Shown: positions 11,891 through 23,819 of the stretch, piece after piece
Layout: each line of letters begins with the position of its first letter
How positions within the stretch are numbered: the first letter of the stretch is position 1
DNA from: Antedon mediterranea
Lineage: Eukaryota > Animalia > Echinodermata
NCBI RefSeq assembly: GCF_964355755.1
Contig: NC_092672.1
Coordinates: 23,697,237-23,761,236 of the forward strand
Reading direction: 5' to 3'
DNA: 64,000 bases
Position numbers and translations under genes: made by a program
Notes under the pieces: generated by a model
Database searches by the model: none
The model's input: the letters and a program-made list of their open reading frames with translations, nothing else
What the model was told of the DNA's origin: nothing

Positions 11891-12414
11891 GTCAAATTAT
11901 GGAGTTAATTGTGGATTCTAAAGGCGGAACTCTGACAAATAAAGAAACAAAGTTGATGATATATCCTGGAGCAATTGAAGAAGGAAATAATGTTAAAGTA
12001 TCACTAGAAAACACTTCATTCCCTAAGGATTTGTTTTCTGATCCTCTTGAAACAATACTTTCACCTGTTGTTAGATGTGGACCACCAGGCACAGTCTTTA
12101 AAAAGCATTGTTTGCTGTCATTTCCGCATAATGCAATAAATGAAAAGTGTTGGGAATTCACTTTACTTGTTAGAAATACTCATCAAGAAGAATGGCGAAA
12201 AATAAAACTAAGCAGTAAAGAAGATGACATTAACTTTTCTTTACAAAATGGTCAATGTTGTATACATTTAAATCATTTTACTGAACTTGGTATTTTTGGT
12301 CGCATAACAAATTTTTTACTAGGAAGAAAAAGAGCAAGGTTAGGTGTGTTTGGAAAGGCACTGAGTAACAAGTATCAACTTCGAGTAAGCACCTGGGACA
12401 CTGACAGAGAAGAG
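11891..12414 (+). CDS. Exon encoding ZU5 domain and start of UPA-like domain
   Basis: cttacag|GTC...GAG|gtaatt. VDSKGGTL..LMIYPGAI..ILSPVVRCGPPGTVFKKHCLLSFPHNA..HLNHFT is a ZU5 signature as in UNC5/PIDD/UNC5CL. The ORF-track start at 11779 is intronic. Confidence 0.88.
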
Positions 12415-12801
12415 GTAATTTTGGTGTAACATTCCATTAAACAATTCATCTGTACATTTTTTTTAGGATTTAGATTAAATTCAACAACTGAAATTGTGCA
12501 GGTAATTCATTAATTCATTCAATCTTTTATAATTTAGGAATCTCTGGTTCATAGAAATTAAGATTACATATAAATGAATTAGAAATAAACAAGACTGTAA
12601 TAATTGTTACTAAATTAATCTAGGTTTTTGTTACAAGTATTCACAAATGTATTTAACATTCATTCACTGAATCATTTTGAAAATTTTGTCTTTTTCTGTA
12701 TTTGAAAAGTTTACTATTTATGGTCAGATATTTATAATTTTATTTCCCAATCAGTTAAGCCTTCCAGGTCCTACAAATGCTAATTTGACTGTCTTTTTCA
12801 G

Positions 12802-12930
12802 AAAGTATTCGAAGAGAATAATACTTATGATGAGAAATCTATACAGACTCCCATGTATATAGATGTGTCATACAAGGATATGGAAATTACAGTAGAAAGT
12901 AAAGAAGAATGGAAAGTAACAACAGTCAAG
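12802..12930 (+). CDS. Exon, UPA-like region
   Basis: tttttcag|AAAGTA...GTCAAG|gtatga, 129 nt, phase 0-0, open frame KVFEENN...EEWKVTTVK, compatible with both neighbours. Confidence 0.75.
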
Positions 12931-13167
12931 GTATGATAATGTTAATATCATTAAAAAAGTAATAGTTAAAAAAAAGAAGAAACATTTAGAAAGACTGGAA
13001 CACAGCAATATATAGTGGTTTTTGTAAGCAAATTAGGTGGTCATAGTATGTAATTTGTAGGAACTAGACATTTTTTAAATGGCAGTTATTTCTGCATACA
13101 CGACCTTAGACCCACATCTGAACATCATCATGCGCAAGTGGTTCTTATGACCAAAGTAGACGATCAT

Positions 13168-14243
13168 CAGGGCCGTAGCCAGGATCTGTCAAGGGGGGGT
13201 TCGGACACTAAATATTTGGGTCAACCCCCCCCCCCCCTCCCCCAGCCTGATGCGAAGCGAATTTTGTTAAATGACACCCCTAGATGGCCGGAAAAGACAC
13301 TCTCGTGCGAGCATGCTATTATAACCAATGAGCAAAAAGATCGTACTTTTTTCCTCCTCCTCAAACACGTCGATAATTTAAATGACGATAACTATTTGTT
13401 GCCGTATGTTAGATGCGCGTGCTCTGTGCGGAACCGCCGATTGTTTGATCATTTACTCCGTATTTTGTTTTGCGTTCAAGTTCAATGCGAACGTATATCT
13501 AGGAGCAGCCCCGAAAAAAGCAAACTGGGCGAATACAAATGCTATTTGCTAGCTCTATCTATAATATTTATTTACAGAAATTTGTTGAGGAATATAAATA
13601 TGTAAATAGGTGATATTGATACATTTTAGTACGTATCGGCTGGTGGTCTAGAAAAAAATAATCGGATGCCATAATGTGAACTACAGTACTGTACTTGATA
13701 CCATAGAATAGATATTATAGTGTAAAATATTAATATTCACTATAATCCTCTATGATACATTATACTTCATAGTCACACATAAATACTGATGTACGTCGGA
13801 AGGCTATATACTTTATGCATGCTGCCTGACTGCCAGTGATCTAAACAATTATAGGAGGTACGCAGTTTGTCTGGCGGTGTCCTTTGTACGAATCGTTCGT
13901 GCGCCAGCTCGCTATGAGACGCGTCAATATCATGTTACATGCAGGGACCAAACATTTATTTTTTAGGTTAAAATCGGCAATTCATTTGCAGCTTTTAGAA
14001 ATTTACAGACACGTATCACTAGTTGACGCTCATACAGAGAAGAAGGTTCACGAACAAGTTTACGAATTTTTCAATTTACAAACAACTTTTTGTACTGTGG
14101 GGCACGTATTTGGAGGATTTTTGGAGATGAGGGTGAGGTATTGGGCATGTCGGGGATGGGGGTTCGCAGTTGGTTATGGGGGGTTCGCTGTAAAGGGGGG
14201 GGGTTCGCCCGAACCATAAAAACCCCCCCTGGCTACGGGCCTG
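13168..14243. mobile_element. Non-autonomous hAT-like DNA transposon (MITE), intronic
   Basis: TIRs CAGGGCCGTAGCCAGG ... CCTGGCTACGGGCCTG; 5-bp direct repeat ATCAT on both sides; GC-richer than flanks. Confidence 0.85.
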
Positions 14244-14651
14244 ATCATACGTAGCATCTAATTTTTAAGACTAGTGGCAATTTTTTTACCGAACAAATTG
14301 GCAGATATTAATCCAAATATGAACACACTTTATATGGAACATGTAAGTGTTGTTTTTTTGACCAAATTTATAGATCATAACATGTCAACTGTAGGACTAC
14401 ATTTTCAGAAAAATAGTTGAATTAGGTACATGGTTAGAAACAGCATCACAGTATATAGAATCTGATTACATCGCATGATATAATTGTTAAGTTATTCCAT
14501 TAGACATATCATTTAAATGAATGTGAAGTAAGTATTTGATTTATTTGGCTAAGAAAAAGAAGGGATGATGAGACAAGAGTGATGTCTTACTTGTCACTAA
14601 ATGTACTATCTTTACTTTTAATTTTGTAAAAGAAATAAATTGTTTTTACAG

Positions 14652-14790
14652 CCAAAATCTGCTAATGAAATATGGATGCCTACAACATGGAGTCTGTTTT
14701 ATGTATCAAAAAATCCACTGAAAGATGAATTTAGTGCAGAGGTAGTAACACTACAAAAGCCAAACCAAAGTTACACATTACCATTTGTCT
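14652..14790 (+). CDS. Exon, end of UPA-like region
   Basis: tttttacag|CCAAAA...GTCT|gtaagt, phase 0-1; PKSANEIWMPTTWSLFYV...YTLPFV. Confidence 0.75.
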
Positions 14791-15162
14791 GTAAGTATTA
14801 TTCAACTACAGCAACAATGACTATTAAAAGTATTGTATACATGAACATATAATATAAATGAATGAATCATCTTGGATCCATATAATAATTAAATGAGAAA
14901 CTGAAAAAAAAATAGTTTACAGTCGACTAAAATTGAAAGGTCAGCATTAAAAATTATGGGGTTTTTAACAAATTGTACACGTATTTGCATTTTATTGTGT
15001 TATTGTGGGAAAAATGTATTAATTTATAACATCAAGATGCTAGTAATTTCATTGTGTCTTGTATCAAGTGGTCTGGCGAACATTTCAACTTTTAGAAGTT
15101 TTGATAACACTACAGTGAATCTAAAAACTCTTTTGTAACTTGATTATGAAATTCTTTTTTAG

Positions 15163-15177
15163 GGGCACTTGGAACAG
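15163..15177 (+). CDS. Candidate 15-nt micro-exon
   Basis: ttcttttttag|GGGCACTTGGAACAG|gtatgt, phase 1-1. Confidence 0.5.
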
Positions 15178-15880
15178 GTATGTTGCATTTAATTTGTTTA
15201 GCATTTTAAAAAGTAGCAAATAGCATTTATGTTTATGATTTTTAAAAAGCAAAAAGTGTTGAAATTAAAAATGCCAATAGATAATGTAAAAAGAACAGCT
15301 AAATGTAGGCGATTTAAATGTCTTGTATGTAATTAATAGTCCCTGTCAAAGGTATAAAATGTTGGAATACTGTGAATTTTATTGTAATTAAAACATTTAC
15401 ATTTTTTTATATACAGACAAATCCAAAGCGTTTTGATACAATTTTTACTGTATTTTATCACTTCTTGATATAGATTGTATTAGTTTTTTTTTTAAATCTA
15501 GGAGTTAATTTATTTGATTATCCATGTTACCATGTTACACTAAAAAAAATAAACGCCTCCCACAAATAAACGATAAATGATATTGTATTTTTGGTTATGA
15601 CTAATGTATGTATATTTTGCATAGATACACTAACGACAGTGTTATAACCGCCAATTACAAATTTCAAATAAATTTAGTAATTTAGTACCAGCTAAAGTGA
15701 GAAAATGCTTCAAAATTATAATGAAACTACTGTTGGGAACTAAAGAAAGAAACCTTAAGGATAGATAAATTGCATGAAGTTAACTGAAAGAGTCTTGGAA
15801 AAAAGGTGAAGTAGGTATTAATACATGAGGATCAAACTGCTAATTCTTGGAAATAAGCAATATATGTTTATCTTGAATAG

Positions 15881-15928
15881 ATACATCCACTGCTGATGCT
15901 CCTCTGGCCACAAGCTCATCAATGTCAG
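15881..15928 (+). CDS. 48-nt phase-1 micro-exon (linker)
   Basis: ttgaatag|ATACATCC...ATGTCAG|gttagt; (D)TSTADAPLATSSSMS; same family as the 45-nt exons. Confidence 0.7.
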
Positions 15929-16482
15929 GTTAGTTAATTGCTAAATTATCATTAAGTTTAAATTGCATTGGATATCAATGAGGGTCAACTGAATTAATAT
16001 TTGAAGCATTCTATTTTTGTAAGTGGCCTAGTTTGTTTTTGAAATTTGTTTTGTTTATAACTTGAACCAAAATTGAAGGAAAGGCTGTGAAATGTGTTTA
16101 GATTATTTAGTGCCACCTATTTAATGTTGTCAGATAATTGTCTACTATTATGATGTCTTCTCTACAGGTTTCATTTATAATGTTATTTCATTTTGAACTT
16201 TTGACAAGCTAACCCAATTTTTTTTTCAACCAATTTGACAACTAAGCTTCAGAGAATATTTAGATGTAAGGAGATTCTGTATTTTTGGAATAATAATTAT
16301 TCCCTATGCAGCACTATGCATTTTGATCTGATTGCTGGAAAGTTATGGTGTTTTAGAAATTTATATTCATAGACATATTCAAACAATGATTATCAACAAC
16401 TATGATAATTATGCTAATTATGCTAAATGTATATCATAATTTTGGAAACTTGTCTTGTCATTTAGATTTGTTGGAAGATTTC

Positions 16483-16923
16483 AATGTACAATAGATAGCA
16501 TGTGATGGATCATGTAGATATGGAAGGCAACAAACAACTGACACAGACCATTTTAAATGTCTATGTTTTTGTAACCTCTTTATCTATCCACTAGACTAGA
16601 CTCATTAATGTACAATAGTTAGCATATGATGGATCATGTATATATGGAAGGCAATAAACAACTGACATAGACCATTTTAAATCTCTTTGTTTTTGTAGCC
16701 TCTTTATCTACCCACTAGACTAGACTCATTAATGTACAATAGATAGCATCTGATGCATCATGTAGATATGGAAGGCAACAAACAACTGACATAGACCATT
16801 TTAAATGTCTATGTTTTTGTAACCTCTTTATCTACCCACTAGACTAGACTCATTAATGTACAATAGATAGCATCTGATGGATCATGTAGATATAGAAAGC
16901 AACACACAACTGACATAGACCAT
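16483..16923. repeat. 124-bp intronic tandem repeat, ~3.5 copies
   Basis: AATGTACAATAG.TAGCAT recurs at 16483, 16607, 16731 and 16855. Confidence 0.9.
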
Positions 16924-17002
16924 AGCAGAACAGTGCATCGAATCAATTGTGATACTGTACTCCTGATTATGACTAATATATATATATCTGTTTTTTGTAT
17001 AG

Positions 17003-17047
17003 ATACACAGACTGCTGCTCTTCTGGCTACAAGCTCATTAGAGACAG
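17003..17047 (+). CDS. 45-nt micro-exon (linker)
   Basis: ttgtatag|ATACACAG...GAGACAG|gttagt; (D)TQTAALLATSSLET. Confidence 0.7.
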
Positions 17048-17205
17048 GTTAGTGGTATCATTAGATCATTATGTATCATATGGACAGTTTGTCTGAAATT
17101 ACATGAATATACATAATAAAATAACGTCTTGGTGTCATTAGCAGAATAGTTGATTTAATACTGGTATTCTAGATTATGACTAATGTATATGTTTATTTTA
17201 CATAG

Positions 17206-17250
17206 ATGCACCTATTGCTGCTCCTTTGGCTACATGCTCATTAGGGACAG
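17206..17250 (+). CDS. 45-nt micro-exon (linker)
   Basis: ttacatag|ATGCACCT...GGGACAG|gtatag; (D)APIAAPLATCSLGT. Confidence 0.7.
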
Positions 17251-17484
17251 GTATAGGTGAGTAACATTAGATCATTAGGGACAGGTATAGGTGAGTAACA
17301 TTAGATCATTAGGGACAGGTATAGGTGAGTAACATTAGATCATTAGGGACAGGTATAGGTGATTAACATTAGATCATTAGGGACAGGTATAGGTGAGTAA
17401 CATTAGATCATTAGGGACAGGTATAGGTGAGTAACATTAGATCATTAGGGACAGGTATAGGTGAGTAACATTAGATCATTAGGG
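17240..17484 (+). repeat. Third array of the 34-bp minisatellite (~7 copies)
   Basis: Same unit and same position relative to the micro-exon as 6555-7104. Confidence 0.95.
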
Positions 17485-17678
17485 CAGTGTTACAACCACT
17501 TATGTAGTACCAGCTATAATAAAAACTACTGCTAAGAGAGAAACAATAAAGATATCATATCATTTATTTCATTTGAAGAAATACAAAATGAAAACATAAC
17601 AATTGTAAATAAATGAGGCAGGATTACCTAAAATACCAGTCGAGAAGCCAAAATAAGACATTCAAACATATTTAAAAC

Positions 17679-17714
17679 CATAGAGATATTATAGTGAACT
17701 ATAATATCTCTATG
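17679..17714. mobile_element. 36-bp perfect hairpin insertion (minimal MITE)
   Basis: CATAGAGATATTATAGT-GA-ACTATAATATCTCTATG flanked by direct repeat TTAAAAC; absent from the paralogous intron at ~7290. Confidence 0.75.
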
Positions 17715-18362
17715 TTAAAACATAATTAAAAACACATTTTTTGGAAGAAAGTTAAAATTGCTGTATATGAATGACAAGATAGTTTAAATTGTATGAAGTT
17801 AAATGTATTACAGCAAAATCCACCACAGGTTAGCTAATTCTTTAAAATAATCAAAGCCGAACAAATCAGAATGGAATTGTGCTCATGTTTCTTCTAACTT
17901 TCAGAAACATCAAATTATCAACATTATTTTATTTGATATTATTAATTTGAATACTATAATAACAATTTTCAAATAGTAGGCAAAACTTTTCTACGTAGGA
18001 AAGGTGGTCAAAATAATAACTAAATAAAAAATCCTTGAAAACAGATTGTGTGTTACTTCTAAAGACTGATCATTTGAAATTTATTAAGTCAAACTAAATA
18101 ATTTATGAATATGATGAAAACACTTTTATTTATTATTAATTTTAATTCAAAAGTTGAGGCCTTAAAATTATACAAAAAAATATGGAAACCGTCATCATTA
18201 ATTACTGGTTTTGCTTTAAATTATTTTTCCTATCAAACCCAACTGTGTTGACATACAGCCTGATTTATTCCTTTTCTCAATGCAACTAAACAAAAGGAAA
18301 CAGGCCTATGATTAATATGGTGAATTTTAGTCATTAACAATAATTCTTTATTCCTGAAACAA

Positions 18363-18875
18363 GTCCAAATTCACTGGAAGACAAGTTAAACAAGTTAAAT
18401 TATGATCTCAGTGAAGTCTTTATGAAGAATAAGAGAAAATTCTTATTTTTGAGATGTTGTCTCTTTGATGAAGTAGATTTACAAGTCCTTGGCAATAAAG
18501 ATTACAAAGCAAATGATTATTTTAATGAACTCGCTGATAAAGGAAAGATCAAACCAACCGACGTCAACCTTCTGCTTGAAGTGGCAACACTATCAGAAAT
18601 TAAACATGCTAAAGATCTTGTAAAACAGTATATAAATGACAACAATGTACAAATTAGTAATCAACAGAAGTTGTCCCCATATAGAAAAAGATTGTGTAAG
18701 GCATTGGAACAGTTTAACCCAAGTGAGTTGAATAGAGTTACAGCTTGTTATCAATTGGAACAACCAACCATTTGGGATGTAACATTTTATTTAGAGAGCA
18801 AATCCAAATTGGTAGATGAATCAGAAAGAGAGAAGTTTGCTGAGCTGCTTGGACCAATCCCAAATAAAATAATAT
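18363..18875 (+). CDS. Second tandem-DED-like exon (paralog of 7830-8354); acceptor site uncertain
   Basis: LNKLNYDL..FLFLRCCLFDEVDLQ..IKPTDVNLLLEVA..LSPYRKRLCKAL..FAELLGPI; donor T|gtaagt at 18875. The expected phase-1 acceptor position reads AA, not AG. Confidence 0.7.
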
Positions 18876-19159
18876 GTAAGTCAATTTGAGAGATTTCTTA
18901 CCTTAAATCCACAGATTGTAGGTCACCTAAATATTCTCCCAAAATAACTGGCATCAAACCAGAATTTTTAGAAAAAGGTAAAAATATATTGAGAATAGAG
19001 TTGCACCCTCATAACATAGAATGAATGCTGGACCATTTGATGATGACCGTATGATACAAAATGATTTGTTGACACAGGTTAAGAACATGAAATAACAGGA
19101 ATGTATTCACATCCTGACTTGTCTTTGTCACTAAGGTTCTTATACCGTGTACAACATTA

Positions 19160-19343
19160 TAACGCTGTCTATACTATCAAACCTTATGTGACAAAACAAT
19201 GCGATGTGCAATTGTATGGACATGATGATGTCATATCACTTGCATATTTGGGAACATCACTACCATAGTTGGGCACATCACTACCATATTTGGACACATC
19301 TCACATTTTTGTTAAACTAATTTGATAGTGTAGACAGAGCTTA
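19160..19343. mobile_element. Short MITE
   Basis: Inverted ends CTGTCTATACTATCAAA ... TTTGATAGTGTAGACAG. Confidence 0.7.
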
Positions 19344-19574
19344 CAACTGCCATTTGAGCAGGCAAATACTGTTTTATTACTATTTGTGTTATTTATTCTT
19401 AATTATTTTATAGTAATGTTATTTATCATCATGTGTCGGGAAACTGTAAAAGGGGATTTTGTGCTAAAACAATTTATGTCATTGTGAGAAAGCTTGTTTA
19501 ATAATAACCTAAAAAAAGTGTATACCTTGTTTTAAACTTTCATTGTGATAATTTTTAGGCAACAAAGAAGATGA

Positions 19575-19860
19575 TCATTGAGGCAACACTGAATACACCA
19601 TTGAGGAACCATTGAGGAACCACTGAGACACCATTGCGGCAACACTGAAGACACTATTGAAGATGCCTTTGAAGAACCACTGAGACACCATTGCGGCAAC
19701 ACTGACGACACTATTGAAGATGCCATTGAGTAACCATTGAGGCACCAGAGACACCATTGCAGCAACACTGAAGAAACTATTGAAGATGCCATTGAGGAAC
19801 CATTGAAACACCACTGATACACCATTGAGGCACCACTGAAGAACCATTGAGATAGCATTA
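19575..19860. repeat. Imperfect tandem repeat built from CACCATTGAGG/AACACTGAAGA words
   Basis: Recurrent ~60-bp units; accounts for the repetitive ORFs at 19532-19991. Confidence 0.75.
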
Positions 19861-20792
19861 AGTATTGTGAAGCCAACCGAGTGAAGGCAAGTTACGAGTG
19901 GATAGAGATATAATAGAGTAATATTAAAATTATTGTCATAATGGTAAACAAAATATGATAATGGCGAGGAAGTTGGTGATAAAGATGACATTGAATGTTT
20001 ACTTTAGGACAGTATATGAATGATGAATTTTTTTTTTTCATTAAATGGGAAGAATATTTTCTGCCTCGTTAAAATGGACCTGAAATGGACTTTATTTGAA
20101 TGTTATTTAAATGTATCAAATTAAATCAAACCCATACAAATAAAAACAAAATGTATAGTATTTTGAGTAAAAACGAAATTTTAAGATACCATGGTAAATT
20201 AGCGAAAATTACTCACGCCATTGCAATATTCTATTTCAACGGCCGTCGGAAGCCTCTATATTCACGACGTCACATATACACACGGTGATATCGAGAGCGT
20301 GTATGCCGCCCGCGATTTTTATGAGCGATATCAACAACTTGCTGAGCTCATTGTCAAGCCAAAGTAAAATATGAATAAAATTCGTTTTCGAACTGCCTGA
20401 TTCGTGACAAATAAATTATCATCTCATATTACTAATTTAATTCTGCTAAACTAAAAACTAAAGAAACTAACACATTTTAGCAGTATAAATTACGAACGAT
20501 ATATATATACAAAATACACGAACGGAAAATATTCGCAAAGTGACGTCACCCGCGAATTTTTTTTATTTTCAAATAGGGCTTTCCCCAAAACGGCCAATTT
20601 ATATTTTGTAACAATATACATTGTAGCAACACCTAATAGCCCCCAAAACATCATTCTAAAATGAAAAAAAAATCGAAAATCCATTTTAAATAAATAGAAC
20701 ATAGACCCGTTCCAGTCCATAAATATTCATTATTTTGTATAATGTTTACTGAATGTAAACTGTAAATTTTAATTCATTCCTTAATTTTACAG

Positions 20793-21162
20793 CTTGTTCA
20801 AGATCTCTTATTCATCTGTGGATAGGTGGAGAAGACTGGCAGTGCGACTTGGTATTCAATGGGATGTTATCAGTAATACCACAGGTAAAAACAGACATGA
20901 TGAATATGACATGTTGGAAGAGGTAGACAATGATCCAAGTATTAACACAATCGAATATCAACTACCTACAAAGGCATTAACACAACAGGGACGTGTTGAT
21001 TTAGCTGATAGCTGGCAAGATGCAGCAGATCAACTACCTACAATGGTCAAGGCATTAACACAACAGGGATGTGTTGATATAGCTGATAGCTGGCAGCATG
21101 CAGCAGCACATCAACTACCTACAATTATCAAGGCATTAAATAACAGGGACATGTTGATTTAG
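20793..21162 (+). CDS. Terminal exon with degenerate death domain; last helix pair triplicated
   Basis: ttttacag|C; RWRRLAVRLGI (DD helix 2 signature) and QLPTMVKALTQQGRVDLAD-like segment x3; third copy has a 1-nt deletion. Phase does not match 18875 directly. Confidence 0.6.
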
Positions 21163-21690
21163 CTGATAAATCATTGTTTATTTTGATTTCTTGACATATG
21201 AAACTGAGTGCCAATGCTATATAGTGTGCATCATTAGTATAACCATCAATATTATGATTATCAATATTATTATTATGATTAAAAGGGGTCCTTGATATAT
21301 AATATAATATAATACAGTAACAATGGGGATTATAAAACCACACTTCTAAAATAATTTTAACTATTAACTGGTGCGTGTGATTAAAGTTGTGTACTCTCTC
21401 TACACCAAAAACAAGATCAGCAATGCATCTTGGGGTTTATAGTGGGCCGCTAAAATTTAAAAAAAATTATTAGAATCGCATTTTAAACCGTTTAAAGATG
21501 ACAAAAGGTATCTCAATAGGACCGTATAGAATTTATTTTTACATTATATGTAGTTTGTGACCTTAGATTAGATCTAAAAAAACGTAGGGAATGGGACTTT
21601 ATAATGTAATTGACTGTTGTAGGACTTGCAGTAACTGTTTTTATTTTGTATATAAGATGAGTCTTAGTAATTTGTGCTTTGGTGGCTAAA

Positions 21691-21780
21691 GCTAGTTTTA
21701 GTAGCTATGGCTAGTTTTAGTGGCTATGGCTAGTTTTAGTGGCTATAGCTAGTTTTAGTGGCTATGGCTAGTTTTAGTGG
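21691..21780. repeat. 20-bp tandem repeat, ~4.5 copies
   Basis: GCTAGTTTTAGTGGCTATG-type unit. Confidence 0.85.
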
Positions 21781-23819
21781 TGTACATGGTAAACCCACTG
21801 TGTATTGATTAGCAAAAACATTAACATTCAGAATTAAATAGTCAAAGATTTAAATGTTTCATTGGTATAGCTTTATTCAATATTTTTTATTATTGACCTG
21901 ACTAAACTTTTAAACTTATCTTGTAAAGATAAAGTAAAATTTTGGTGTTTATGTATTAATCACTGCCGATGATTTAGAAAGGTTTAATAAGCTCTCTAAA
22001 CAAACTTGCTAACAGTACATTTACTTAAGCCAAATTAATAGAGTTAGAGTTACTGCATAAATACATATTTCATATTCTATTTTAATAAATGATATACAAT
22101 CTTTTTTGTATTGTATTTTTGTTTGTCTATTTTCTTTTAAATCTCAACGCGAGTCACAAGTAAACTCATTATATAATGTTAAGGTAAATTGGTTGGTTTC
22201 AACATAGGCAATTGACTATGGTTCCAAAATAATAAATGATGTTTGTTATTATTATGGTATCTCTGAATTTAGTAAATGACTTGGCTATTGACTTGCCTAA
22301 TGCAAATGAGATCATTTGTAGAAATTAGACTTACAGAATTTGATTAATGGCCAATATCACCTTTTTATGATTGACAGACTTACTAAACAGGACGAAAGGT
22401 ATGGAGATGGGATCATTCACTGTATAACAGCAATTATATAAATCTCTACCATATTTTCGACCCCTGGTGTGTAATTTTTCAATATAAAATTGACTAATGG
22501 TTGCCAAGGTATGGGACATATTTTTAGTATAGTATCATTATATCTATAATTATATTTTGTATTAGAAAACTTTTGGCTAATTTTTATTTTGTTTACTTGC
22601 ATGTTTGTGGAAATACAATTTTTTTTAAAGAATAAAAAAACCCGACATAGTTCATATTTTGACACACCACCTGATTATGCAAATTATGTATTACATTCTC
22701 ATTTGGTTGGCATAGCTTAATAGTGTTTATCCTTAAAATTCAGGAAAGTGGCATAGCCTATCGTGTGCGGCCCATCAATAAACATCAGTGTGCCAAATGT
22801 GAGCATGTACCGTTCAGTGGTTTTGGAGGAGATATGTAAAATACGCGAACAATTTAGTAGCATTAATATATAGATTGCTTTATACATTGATACCAAAAAT
22901 TATGAGCATGGAAAACTGCACTTACAGATATTTGTGTCCCTACCCGAAAATTGTCCAAAACTGTGGAGCTGATTGGTATAATTAAAAATGCATTAAAATC
23001 CCACCTTAGGCATGAGAATATGTAATGTTAACATTGATTTTTGTGTTCACTGGATATAGATGACAAAATATGTACGTTAGTAGGCATGTTAAGGAGCATA
23101 TTTTAGGCAAATCCTTCAAATTGTGATAACATTTTGAAACTTTGCACAGTTATTCATTAGGGTGTCAAAAATATGAAATGGAAGGGTTGCACAAAATTTG
23201 GTCAGGGGAAAGCCGCCATTTTGGATTTCAAAATGGCGGACCTCAAATTTTCACTTGTCAGGTATATCTCTGCTAAAGAGGCACCTAGAGTTCTGATTTT
23301 ACCTGCAAAATATATGGTAGTGGGGTCACCAAACATATTGGTATAATTAACATTTGATTGCATGGCGGCCATGTTGGATTTCAAAATGGTGGACTTCAAA
23401 TTTTCACTTTTCAGGTATATCTCTGCTAAAAAGGCACCTAGAATTCTGATTTTAGGTGCAAATTATAATTATGGTAATGGGGTCATCAAACATATTGGTA
23501 TAACTAACATTTTGATTGCATGGCGGCCATGTTGGATTTCAAAATGGCGGACCCCAATAACTTTTCAGGTATATCTCTGCTAAAAAGGTACACAGTGCTC
23601 TGATTTTAGGTGCAAATTATATGGTAATGGGTCACCAAATATATTGCTATTTAACTAACATTTTGATTGCATGGCGGCCATTTTGAATTTCAAAATGGCA
23701 AGCTCAAAATGTTTCAGTACGGTACCTACAGTTATAATTTTAGGTACAAAGTATAATATGGTATTGAGGTCAACAAACATATTGGTATAACGTCTTTGAT
23801 TGCATGGCGGCCATTTTGA

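Noticed and set aside
13138-14219. ORFs of 155 and 111 aa
   Set aside because: They lie across a MITE and its TIRs, have non-ATG starts and show no recognisable transposase motifs.
19532-19991. Two repetitive hydrophobic ORFs
   Set aside because: By-products of a tandem repeat; no splice or homology support.
23202-23583. Short ORFs with KMAA/WRPCWISKW repeats (also 26181-26516)
   Set aside because: Translations of Academ subterminal repeats.
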